Positions 12,119-23,114 of a stretch of DNA of 64,000 nucleotides are shown here, in pieces. Source of the stretch: Octopus sinensis. Its lineage: Eukaryota. Under the pieces are notes generated by a model. It was not told where the DNA came from. It worked only from the letters and a program-made list of their open reading frames with translations, and did not search any database. Positions within the stretch are counted from its first letter, which is position 1. The number at the start of each line of letters is the position of its first letter. The stretch spans positions 41,726,001 to 41,790,000 of the forward strand of contig NC_043015.1 in assembly GCF_006345805.1 (NCBI RefSeq), written 5' to 3'. Position numbers and translations under genes: made by a program.

Positions 12119-12312
12119 TTGTTTAAAGTCTCATCTTTCTTGCCTTTGATGAGGCGCCTCACTTCAATCGGTGCCCGGGACACGTGCACATCCCCCCCTA
12201 CAACTCCGCCCATTAAACTACTGCACACGAGTCAGTGCAAAAGATAAATAATAATTTCAAACGTTATCAGAAGGCAACAGTCGCCCTCTCAAATTGATCT
12301 CAGCACCAAGGT

Positions 12313-13140
12313 GGTGAGCTGGCAGAAATGTTAGCATGCCGGGCGAAATGCTTAGCAGTATTTCTTCTGCCGCTACGTTCTGAGTTCAAATACCGCCGAG
12401 GTCGACTTTGCCTTTCATCCTTTTGGGGTCGATAAATTAAGTACCAGTTATGCACTGGTGTCGATGTTACCGACTTAATCCCTTTGTCTGTCCTTGTTTG
12501 TCCCCTTGTGGGCAATAAAGAAATAAGAAATGTTAGCACACCGGGCGAAATGCTTAGCAGTATTTCTTCTGCCGCTACGTTCTGAGTTCAAATACTGCTG
12601 AGGTCGACTTTGCCTTTCATCCTTTTAGGGTCGATAAATTAAGTACCAGTTACGCACTGGTGTAGATGTTACCGACTTAATCCCTTTGTCTGTCCTTGTT
12701 TGTCCCCTTGTGGGCAATAAAGAAATAAGAAATGTTAGCACGCCGGGCGAAATGCTTAGCAGTATTTCTTCTGCCGCTACGTCGTGAGTTCAAATACCGC
12801 CGAGGTCGACTTTGCCTTTCATCCTTTTGGGGTCGATAAATTAAGTACCAGTTACGCACTGGTATGGATGTTACCGACTTAATCCCTTTGTCTGTCCTTG
12901 TTTGTTCCCTCTATGTTTAGCCCCTTGTGGGCAATAAAGAAATAAGAAACGTTAGCACACTGGGCGAAATGCTTCGTCGTATTTCGTCTGCTACTATGTT
13001 CTGAGTTCAAATTCCACAGAGGTTGACTTTGCTACTCATCCTAATGATGAGTCGATAAATTAAGTACCAGTTGTGTACTTGGGTCGATCTAATCAACTGG
13101 CCCCCCCTCCATCAAATGTTCGGCCCTTGTGCCTAGAGTA
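12313..13140 (+). mobile_element. Tandem array of four SINE family B units
   Basis: Units register at ~12329, 12531, 12733 and 12950 (periods 202, 202, 217 bp). Only the first unit keeps the GAGCTGGCAG head. Confidence 0.9.
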
Positions 13141-13479
13141 GAAAAGAAATTGATCTCAGCACTTAAGCTCTATATATTTAAATGAAGAAATGAGGAAGAT
13201 CAAAGTTGACCCCCAGGGTGGGGACATCGGAGAGGATTTCAAACGATACTTCTTTCGACATTTTGGAAGAAGGCCAACAACTCGGAAGTGGTGGTGGTGA
13301 TGGTGACACAAACGCTGAGACGGCTAATACATGGAACTCTTGACCCTTGAGTCAATCTGTTAATTATCAATAATAGGAAATGTATATTCATATTTTGAGT
13401 TTTATTTTTTGGTCTGCATCTCAACACCTGTATAGGTACATAGGTATAACAGGACAAAGCATGAAGAGGCAATCAACCT

Positions 13480-13805
13480 CAAGGCACCAAACCAGTGGCA
13501 CGTAAAAAGCACCATCCGATCGTGGCCGTTGCCAGCCTTGCCTGGGCCCCGTGCCGGTGGCACGTAAAAAGCACCATCCGTCCGTGGCCGTTTGCCAGCT
13601 CTGTCTGGCACCTGTGCAGGTGGCACGTAAAAAGCACCCACTACACTCACGGAGTGGTTGGCGTTAGGAAGGGTATCCAGCCGTAGAAACACTGCCAGAT
13701 CAGACTGGGCCTGATGCAGCCTTCTGGCTTTACAGACCCCAGTTGAACCGTCCAACCCATGCTAGCATGGAAAACGGACGTTAAATGATGATGATGATGA
13801 TGCTG
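13480..13805 (+). mobile_element. SINE-like family C with internal ~60-bp repeats and (GAT)n tail
   Basis: GTGGCACGTAAAAAGCACC repeats x3, then CCACTACACTC...AGGAAGGG.ATCCAGC...CCAACCCATGCTAGCATGGAAAACGGACGTTAAATGATGATG. Confidence 0.8.
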
Positions 13806-13839
13806 ATAACATACTGATGAGGTATATAATTATATTATC

Positions 13840-14050
13840 CTCATCATGACTTCCTGTCTGTTTTCCATGCTGGCATGGGTTGGATGGTTTGGCAGGAGCT
13901 GGTAATGGTGGGGTGGGGGGTGTCCATACCAGGCTCCGTTTTTCAATTCCGGCATGGTTTCTACAGCTGGATGCCCTTCCTAAATGCCAACCACTTTACA
14001 GAGCATACCAGGTGCTTTTTATGTGGCACCAGCACTGACAGAGCCAGCCA
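13840..14050 (-). mobile_element. Family C copy, diverged
   Basis: TTCCATGCTGGCATGGGTTGGA...CAGCTGGATGCCCTTCCTAA...GTGCTTTTTATGTGGCAC. Confidence 0.7.
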
Positions 14051-14254
14051 CCAAGAAACTGGCAAGACGAAAAACCTTTCAAATGGGCAGAGGAGAGTGG
14101 GAAACCAAGAAAGATGTAGAGATGGGAAACCAAGAAAGATCCAGGTGTAAGGAAGGGACATTCTGGGAGGAGGTAGAAAAGAAGTTCCTTGGTTAAATAA
14201 AATTCACAACATCACTTTCGAGATTTTTCATGTTAATATATATCTATATTTGCA

Positions 14255-14900
14255 TTAGAAAGGGCATCTAGCTGTAGAAACTTTGTCAGATCAGATTGGA
14301 GCCTGGTGCAGCCTTCTGGCTTGCCAGCCCTCAGTCAAACCGTCCAACCCATGCCAGCATAGAAAGCGGATGTTAAACAACAATGATGATGATGATGATG
14401 ATGATTTCTCTTCAATATGTTAAATAAATATGTTACGTGTGGCTATGTGGTAAGAAGCTTGTTTCCAACCACATAATTCTGGGTTCAGTTTCACTGTCTG
14501 GCACCTTGGGCCAGAGGCCAACCAAAGCCTTGTGAGTGGATTTGGTAGACAGAAAACGAAAGCCTATTATATGTCATCATCATTATCATCATCGTTTAAC
14601 GTCTGCCTTCCATGCAGGCATGGGTTAAATGGTTTGACAGAAACTGCCAAGGCAGAAGACTACTGTGTCTGTTTTGGCATAGTTTTTTTTTACAGCTGGA
14701 TGCCCTTCCTAACACCGACCACCCAGCAGAGAGGACAGAGTGATTTTTACATGACACCTGGACAGGCAAAAGTAGTTTTGGCATGTTTTTTTTTTTACAG
14801 CTGGATGCCCTTCCAAATGCCAACCACTACACAGTGTGGATTGGATGCTTTTTACATGGTGTCAGTACCGGAAGGGTCACCAAGTGACTTGCAAGACAAG
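14255..14900. mobile_element. Cluster: family C (+, 14255-14405), family A 5' half (+, 14435-14570), family C (-, 14575-14900)
   Basis: Each block matches its family sequence elsewhere in the window. Confidence 0.7.
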
Positions 14901-15089
14901 GAATTTTGTGAGAAGAGGCGGGTACTGGAGGAGGTGATCGGGTGTCAGATGATGACAGGTTAGAGTGTGACAGAGAGAGAGAGAGAGAGTGAGGCAGAAA
15001 CAGGTGTCTTGCTACAAAGGGGGTACATGGCCACCTGACGAGAGAGAGAAAGAGAAAACGAGAAAAGGAGAGGGTGCATTAGCTTTTTG

Positions 15090-15430
15090 AAGGCATGCTG
15101 TAATTGTTGCCTTACAAGTGCTGCATAGTGATATAGAGATAGCTCGCCTCTTGAAAGATGCCCAATCTTTTGTAGTCAAAGTTCAAAAGCCCAAAACAGC
15201 TGATGGGGACCCAACATCAGCAGCTAAATGTAAAATGCATGCATAATGTCCTAATGTCATCGGAGCACATAACTCTGTACAAAATGTCTTTCTGTACAAA
15301 ATCCCCAGAAAGTCAACCAGAGGCACTGCAAATGACCCCAAGGTTTCAGAAGGCACCACCAGAAAGGTTGTGCACGAGAACATCCAGTACAAGTTGTATG
15401 TGATGTGGAGGGGTCAGTTTATGTCAGATT
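15090..15430 (+). mobile_element. Tc1/mariner-superfamily (probably DD37D/maT-like) transposase N-terminal remnant
   Basis: One frame with one stop: RHAVIVALQVLHSDIEIARLLKDAQSFVVKVQK...*...RKSTRGTANDPKVSEGTTRKVVHENIQYKLYVMWRGQFMS. This resembles the bipartite HTH region of Tc1-like transposases (VSEGTIR.VVHEDIRYKSY). Confidence 0.6.
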
Positions 15431-15462
15431 GAGCTTAGAAAGAATTCTCTGATTATTTGATA

Positions 15463-15621
15463 AGCGGCTGTGTGGTAAGAAGCTTGCTTACCAACCACAT
15501 GGTTCCGGGTTCAGTCCCACTGCGTGGCACCTTGGGCAAGTGTCTTCTACTATAGCCTTGGGCCGACCAAAGCCTTGTGAGTGGATTTGATAGACGGAAA
15601 CTGAAAGAAGCCTATCGTATA

Positions 15622-15657
<36 letters not shown>

Positions 15658-15910
15658 TGTATGTATGTATGTATGTAGGTATGTATATATATATATGTAT
15701 GTGTGCGTGTATGTTTGTGTGTCAGCATCACTTGACAACTGATGCTGGTGTGTTTACATCCCCGTAACTTAGAGCTTCGGCAAAAGAGACCGATAGAATA
15801 AGTACTAGCCTTACAAAGAATAAGTCCTGGGGTCGATTTGCTCGACTAAAGACGGTGCTCCAGCATGGCCGCAGTCAAATGACTGAAACAAGTAAAAGAA
15901 TAAAAGAATA
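15463..15910 (+). mobile_element. SINE family A copy with expanded internal (TATG)n
   Basis: Head to tail collinear. Confidence 0.88.
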
Positions 15911-15939
15911 TATGAACTCATATACATATGTATGTATAT

Positions 15940-16105
15940 ATATATTTTTTCTCTTCTTGTTTTTTTCTGTGTCCCTTTCTGTTGAAGAGCATAGGCTCAA
16001 AACGTAAAAGACTTTTTCACTTCCCGAGCTTTATACTAACACATCTGTTTGTTTTGTACACCATCTGTCTTCTTTTATTTTTTTCGCAAACTCTCCCTAT
16101 ATATA
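15940..16105 (+). mobile_element. Dispersed repeat, possible Penelope-like terminal remnant (second copy reversed at 45350-45545)
   Basis: CCCTTTCTGTTGAAGAGCATAGGCTCAAAACGTAAAAGACTTTTTCACTTCCCGAGC...ACATCTGTTTG matches the reverse complement of 45400-45500. The PLE assignment is inference. Confidence 0.5.
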
Positions 16106-16189
16106 TATATATACATACATATACATACATATGTATATGAGTTCATATATATATATATATATTGAAATATATATACATATATATTTCAA

Positions 16190-16415
16190 GGCGGCGAGTG
16201 GCAGAAACATTAGCATGGGCGAAATGCGTAGCTGTATTTCGTCTGTCGTTACGTTCTGAGTTCAAATTCCGCCGAGGTTGACTTTGCCTTTCATCCTTTC
16301 GGGGTCGATAAATAAAGTACCATTTACGCACTGGGATCGATGTAATCGACTTAATCCGTGTGTCTGTCCTTGTTTGTCCCCTCTATGTTTAGTCCCTTGT
16401 GGGCAGTAAAGAAAT
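16190..16415 (+). mobile_element. SINE family B copy
   Basis: GGCGGCGAGTGGCAGAAACATTAGC ... GTGGGCAGTAAAGAAA. Confidence 0.88.
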
Positions 16416-16664
16416 ATATATATATATTATGGAGATGTACTTGCATAGCAAGTGATTTGATCTGAGATTGTGTGCTGGAACGAAAACAATTGCAGCGTGG
16501 AAGGTGTTTGTAAGCCATTTAAGAAACACACAAAAGCCGTTCGATTCACTTCAACATTTAAGTTTAATTTGTCAAAATATTTTCGTCGCTAAAAGACCGC
16601 GACCTGTTCACTGACAAAAGTCCGTGCTATATATAAATATATATATATATACATATATACACAC

Positions 16665-16825
16665 ACACAACAGGCTTCTTTTGGTTTCCACTTACCAAAT
16701 CCATTCACAAGACTTTGGTTGGCCTGAGGCTATAGAAAAAGACACTCGCCCAAGGTGCCACGCAGTGGGACTGAACCCAGAACCATGCAGTTGGACAGGA
16801 AGCTCCTTATCGCACAGCAAACATC
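16665..16825 (-). mobile_element. SINE family A, 5' half
   Basis: CAGGCTTCTTTTGGTTTCC...GCAGTGGGACTGAACCC. Confidence 0.7.
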
Positions 16826-17834
16826 CATTCATTTATTGTCTGATCAATATGTTGCTGTTCAATGCCAGTTCGGTCTTGATCAAGAAACAGATGTTTGTGT
16901 GTGTGTGTAGAGGTTTCTTTGTGTTTTTTTCCATGGCTGACAGGCCGTTTGTTTTAAAGATGGCATTTGTGTTAAACCAAGCATGACTCCGGCTGGCTTG
17001 CCAGCGAAGGCTGGACCATTATTATTACAACTCAGACAAGACAAAGCCTGTAATACGGTCGCTAGAAGCAGCAGCCAAAAGCCTGCCTCAAATCATACCC
17101 CGACCATCTTGAAAAATAAATAAACAGATTAAAGCGAGAAGAGAGAAAAAGAGAGAGAAAGATTGGGATAATGTAGTTCTGGATGCCAATGTAAAAAGCT
17201 GTGATGGTCATGGTTGGAAAACTTCCGATTAATATGTCTGCTCAGTGAGGCTTGACCTGGAGTTAAACAATAGAAATGAATGCAATAGAAATGTATGTAA
17301 GCCTTCGTCTTGGTTTATTAACGAACAGTAGAAACTAGGTCTCCATAGAGGCGAACCAACGGCGTGTGCGCGCGTATGGTCAATCGACCAGCTAGAAATA
17401 GCAACTAAAATCTCCCTGATAATGATCACAAAGAAAAGGGTCATATTAGATAAAGAACTTCCTGATAAACAAAAATTTGGGATGATCCTGGCTGGAACGT
17501 CTCTCGATAAGCAATTCTTTATGAATAGAAAATACAAAGGAAATAACTGCTTTGTGGTGGTTTTCGATAACAGAAAGCGACTGATAACAATAAGCAAATT
17601 AAGGATTTGGGATCAGTTGATATCGATTATTATGGTTTCGAACTTTGGCACAAGTTTAACAGTTATGAAAGAAAAAAAAGGGTCAGTCAGTTACATCGAA
17701 TTCAGTATTTAAATGGTACTTTATTTTAACGACCCCGGAAAAACGAAAGGTAAAGCTGATCTCGGCGGGATTCGAACTTAGAACGTACAGAACCGGTAGA
17801 TTTAATTTCGATTAGGATGGTTCCAAATTTTAGC

Positions 17835-17867
<33 letters not shown>

Positions 17868-18142
17868 CGGTTGATAACATTATCTGCGATTATAATAAGC
17901 GACCTTTCAATCATGAAATACAAACACGGGCCATCGTTTAGTTTTCTAAGAAAAAAATGCTTTTATTTAATAATATATTCTTAAAGTATTAAATAATATT
18001 TCATAATATATAAATAAACAAAAGTATTATTTTTAAATATATATTTTATATACAAATTAATTGTTTTATATCTTAAATCTATCGTTTTATCCCAATGCAG
18101 CGATTCAAGATTCCTTTCTGAGAATTTACCTGTAAGTCTCAC

Positions 18143-18952
18143 CTGTCCAAGAAGAATCTAAGACAATATTGGCACCAAAGACCATTATCTACGTTAGATA
18201 TATATTTCATAAATACTATTTTAATACAGACCTACAGGTATTTCCTGTTAATATACTAACATTATTTAATATACAAAATTATGTTTCCGTTTCTGTGAAA
18301 TATTTTATGATTTAATAACATTGCGTTATTTTATTATTGATATTGGTTTTACAGCTGTAATGGGAAGAATTGCCTCTGATCATGGGTATGCTTGATAGGG
18401 GTTGACCTGGGGTTAAATAAAAGTAAAAGGAAGCTTATTTCTCTTATGAGGCCAACGAGGGTGTCTTTACATGTCCGTAAGATCTGTTTAGAAATATTAC
18501 TAAATAGAAACCACACCCTGTTGTTTTATACATTCACACATAGATTTAATATATAAATAACTATTTAAATGAATGGGAGAACAACACGTTGGGTGGTGGT
18601 AGTCCTAGATGTACGTGGGCTGCAGCAACCAGAGTAAAAAAAGGGTGTGACAGGATGGGATGTGCATGGTTGGAACGTCCTTGATCGTAAAGGATGGTCA
18701 GCTGGATCCGCGGCAGGGAGTGGGGTATCGGAATAACAATGACAAGAAGAAGAAAAACTTTGAAATACAACAAACTTTTTCATTCACACACACACACATA
18801 TATATATATACACACACATATATACACGCGCGGAAACTGAACTATTTACACTGTAAAATCGAAGATTCGATCTCAAATTCAACAACTATCACGTACAAAT
18901 TATGTGATCAGGGTGTGTATGTATGTATGTATATATATAATATATGTATATT

Positions 18953-18993
<41 letters not shown>

Positions 18994-19672
18994 GATAGCT
19001 TTGTTTTTCTTTGTAAAATGTTTCAAATTGAACGCCAAATAAAAAAAGGCGTTAGACAACGTGTAATGTGTGTATATATATAATGTGTACGTGTGTATAT
19101 AAACATATATATATTATGTATATATATTATGTATATATATAAAACTATTGCATAGAATGAGTTTGCACTCATTACATAACATAGAGAGAGAGAGAGGGTG
19201 AGAGGGGTTCTGGGTGGATATATAACCACGTTGAGAAATATGTGTATATAGCCACGTATATATATATATGAATAAATATATATACAGAAATATACATATA
19301 TGAGTTTGTTTTAGTTATAACTGCCTAAATCATGTAGGGACACCGCCTTCATACACACACGTGTATATATACATATACCTGCCCTTATACACATATATAC
19401 ACGCATATGTATTTATACATCTCTCTCTCTCTCACTAGATAGATAGATATATAGAAAGATAGATAGATAGATAAAGGCACACAGATATCTACACACATAA
19501 ATTTATACTGATATCTATATGTTCAAATATATATTTTTTATATACACGTCTGTCTCTGTTCTCTGTGTGTGTGTGTATATATATATAACAGACAGAGGTA
19601 AATAAATACACAGGTAGACTGAAAGAGAGAGAGACAGAGAGGTGTATGTATGTATATATGTATATTTATATA

Positions 19673-19708
<36 letters not shown>

Positions 19709-19909
19709 TATATTGACATTAACCAACGAACCGGTTAGAAGCAAACAAATAACAACAACAAAACTTCTAATCTAAAACCAATACATGATGTAAGGGATTA
19801 CTCTATATATATGTGTGTATATATAAAAAAAAATATATCTGTCCAGGAGTAGGATTCGAACCCGGTTACTTACGAGGAAACGTCCGACTCTCTGTAGGAG
19901 TTCATCCAT
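18143..19909 (-). CDS. Speculative first two coding exons (19909-19874 and 18188-18143) of an unknown secreted/membrane protein: MDELLQRVGRFL|IMVFGANIVLDSSWT(G)
   Basis: ATG after an in-frame stop, donor GTAAGT, phase-0 match to a TAG acceptor, second donor CAG|GTGAGA. The joined peptide has a basic n-region and a hydrophobic core. No homology recognised. Confidence 0.25.
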
Positions 19910-20104
19910 GTCCTCTCTCTTTCTTTCTTATGTGAACACATTAAAATTGAAACTGGGTTGTCGTCGATTCATCTTGAATCAACAACTGATCTCTTTCGTC
20001 ATTCACTGCAATATGTGTGTGTGACTGTGTGTGTGTGTGTTGTGTGTTGTGTATTGTATGTATGTATGTATTTGTAGGTCTATGTGTGTGTGTGTGGGTT
20101 ATAG

Positions 20105-20135
<31 letters not shown>

Positions 20136-20879
20136 AAATAAAAGCGAGGCAGTGTGTATGTATGTGCGTGTGTGTGTATTATAGAATATGTGTAGCTTTG
20201 TGAGGGTGTGTGTGGGTTATAGTATATATATATATATATATGTGTATGTGTAAATAATAGTGAGGCAGTGTGTATGTGCGTGTGTGTTATAGGATATGTG
20301 TAGCTTTGTGAGAGAGTGTGTGTGTGCGTCTATGTGTGTGGGTCGCAGCATGATAATATATACATGTGGAGGTTATGTGTGTCTATACGTGTTAGTGTGT
20401 ACGTGTGCGTGCTACAATATATATGTATATGTATATGTATATGTGCACGTGTATGTGTGTGTGTGTGTGTAGATATATATATATATATAAGTATAGATGT
20501 GTGTGCGTGCGTGTTTATGTATATGTCAGTGAGTGGTTATTGAAGTGTGTGTTAAGTTTACGAGTACGTTAGGATGGGGTGGGTGTCGCGGGTGAATGAA
20601 AGTTTTTTAGAACTGTGTCCGGGTGCGTTATTATTTGTGTGTGTGTGCATGTGTGTGTTTGTGTGTGTGTATGAGAGAGATAGAGAGAAAGAGAAGGAAT
20701 GTACAAGTGTGTGTATGTGTGTGTGTGTGTGTGTGTACGCGCTCTCACTATGGATTGGGTGAAAGTACTCGGGGACGCTTGTACATGAAATATTAATAGT
20801 AAAGTCGTGACTAAAAATATTGTGTGTGTTGGCGAGTGAACAGATGTTTCTTTACGTAATCACTTTTATTTTATATAAG

Positions 20880-20919
<40 letters not shown>

Positions 20920-20942
20920 GTGTATATATATATATATATATT

Positions 20943-21042
20943 AAAGTACAGGTGAGGATGTATAAACCTCGAAGGGATATATATATATATGTATGTTTGT
21001 GTGTATGTATATGGTATGTGTGTGTGTATATATATATATATG

Positions 21043-21085
<43 letters not shown>

Positions 21086-21088
21086 ATG

Positions 21089-21136
<48 letters not shown>

Positions 21137-21166
21137 CTGGGGTTTATATATCCTCACCTGTACTTT
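20943..21166. repeat. 38-bp inverted repeat enclosing microsatellites (MITE-like/foldback)
   Basis: AAAGTACAGGTGAGGATGTATAAACCTCGAAGGGATAT (20943-20980) versus ATATCCCTCTGGGGTTTATATATCCTCACCTGTACTTT (21129-21166). Confidence 0.8.
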
Positions 21167-21364
21167 GGTATATACAGTGTATATAAACTGAGTGGCTGTT
21201 GTTTGTGTGGTGTGTAGAAGAGGTTGGTGTCGTAGAAAGCGAACTAATTAATTAGTTTGGGTGATGATTCGCCGTTAATTTTTACTATTGTGCGTATGGG
21301 ACCTTACTACACGTTGTTGTCATTTGCGTTCATTGAGAAAAAGGAAAACAGGTTTACACACAAT

Positions 21365-21374
21365 TGTATGTATG

Positions 21375-21406
<32 letters not shown>

Positions 21407-21728
21407 TGTATGTATGTATGTATGTGTGTGTGTATGTGTGTGTGTATGTGTGTGTATGTATGTATGTATGTATGTATGTATGTGTGTGTGTATGTATGTG
21501 TGTGTGTATGTGTGTATGTATGTATGTATGTATGTATGTATGTGTGTGTGTGTATGTATATGTGTGTGTATGTATGTATGTATGTATGTATGTATGTATG
21601 TGTGCATGTATGTATGTATGTATGTATGTATGTGTGTGTGTATGTGTGTGTGTATGTATGTATGTATGTATGTATGTATGTATGTGTGTGTGTATGTATG
21701 TGTGTGTATGTATGTATGTATGTATGTA

Positions 21729-21763
<35 letters not shown>

Positions 21764-21845
21764 ATGTATGTATGTATGTATGTATGTGTGTGTGTATGTA
21801 TGTGTGTGTGTATGTGGATGTTTGTGTATATATGTGTGTATGTAG
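21365..21845. repeat. (TATG)n/(TG)n compound microsatellite
   Basis: Directly visible; source of the MYVC/HTYI ORFs. Confidence 0.95.
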
Positions 21846-21860
21846 ATAAAGGCTGACATA

Positions 21861-22279
21861 TTCTTTTACTCTTTTACTTGTTTCAGTCATTTGACTGTGG
21901 CCATGCTGGAGCACCGCCTTTAGCCGAGCAAATCGACCCCCCAGGACTTATTCTTTGTAAGCCTAGTACTTATTCTATCGGTCCTCTTTTGCCGAACTAT
22001 TAAGTGACGGGGACGTAAACACACCAGCATCGGTTGTCAAGCGATGTTGGTGGGACAAACACAGACACACAAACACATACACACACACACACACATATAT
22101 ATACATATATATACGACAGGCTTCTTTCAGTTTCCATCTACCAAATCCACTCACAAGGCTTTGGTCGGCCCAAAGTTATAGTAGAAGACACTTGCCCAAG
22201 GTGCCACGCAGTGGGACTGAACCCGGAACCATGTGGTCCGTAAGCAAGCTAATTACCACACAGCCACTCCTGTGCCTAT
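21861..22279 (-). mobile_element. SINE family A copy, full length
   Basis: Collinear with the family consensus. Confidence 0.9.
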
Positions 22280-22299
22280 ATATATATTTATATGTTATC

Positions 22300-22532
22300 T
22301 TTTATCGTTTGCTTGTTTCGGTCGTTTGACTGCGGCCTTGCTGGGGCAGCAGTTTGAAGAATTTTTATTTGAATGCATCAACCCTAACCCCACAACTTTT
22401 TTCTTCAAGCCTGGTACATATTCTATCGGTCATACTTTGCCGAACCACTAAGTTACATGAAGTAAACACTCCAACCCGGAACCATGTGGTTGGGAAGCAA
22501 GGTACTTACCACACAGCCACACCTGAGCCTAT
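22300..22532 (-). mobile_element. SINE family A, old deleted copy
   Basis: Diverged tail/body plus head segment CCCGGAACCATGTGG...CTTACCACACAGCCACACCTGAGCCTA. Confidence 0.65.
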
Positions 22533-22539
22533 ATATATA

Positions 22540-22955
22540 TAGGAGTGGCTGTGTGGTAAGTAGCTTGCTTACCAACCACATGGTTCCAGGTTCAGTCCCA
22601 CTGCATGGCACCTTGGGCAAGTGTCTTCTACTATAGCCTCGGGCCGACCAATGCCTTGTGAGTGGATTTGGTAGACGGAAACTGAAAGAAGCCCGTCTAT
22701 GTATATGTGTATATATATATATATTGTTGTGTGTGTGTGTGTGTGTATATATGTTTGTGTGTCTGTGTTTGTCCCCCTAGCATTGCTTGACAACCGACGC
22801 TGGTGTGTTTACGTCCCCGTCACTTAGCGGTCGGCAAAGGAGACTGATAGAATAAGTACTGGGCTTACAAAGAATAAAGCCTGGGGGTCGATTTGCTCGA
22901 CTAAAGGCGGTGCTCCAGCATGGCCGCAGTCGAATGACTGAAACAAGTAAAAGAG

Positions 22956-22957
<2 letters not shown>
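22540..22957 (+). mobile_element. SINE family A copy, full length
   Basis: AGGAGTGGCTGTGTGG ... GAAACAAGTAAAAGAG. Confidence 0.9.
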
Positions 22958-22986
<29 letters not shown>

Positions 22987-23114
22987 ACACATATACAGCA
23001 TTCACACACACACACGCTCCTTCTCTTGATAAAGGTGGAATTCACAGGTGACAAAGTTTAGTTGAGGGAGTGTCACTCATACGGGGAGTGGGGGTAAAAA
23101 CTTACAAGTACACG

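Noticed and set aside
9541-12215. hAT-like termini CAGCGGTGGACTGGCC (9541) and CAGTGGCGTCGCTAGGG (11438)
   Set aside because: No clean matching opposite TIR or TSD could be located, so element boundaries are unsupported.
18348-18420. Apparent microexon CAG|CTGTAATGGG...CATGG|GTATGC
   Set aside because: Lies in what appears to be a dispersed repeat tail (GACCTGGGGTTAAA also at ~17255), so the splice-like signals are probably incidental.
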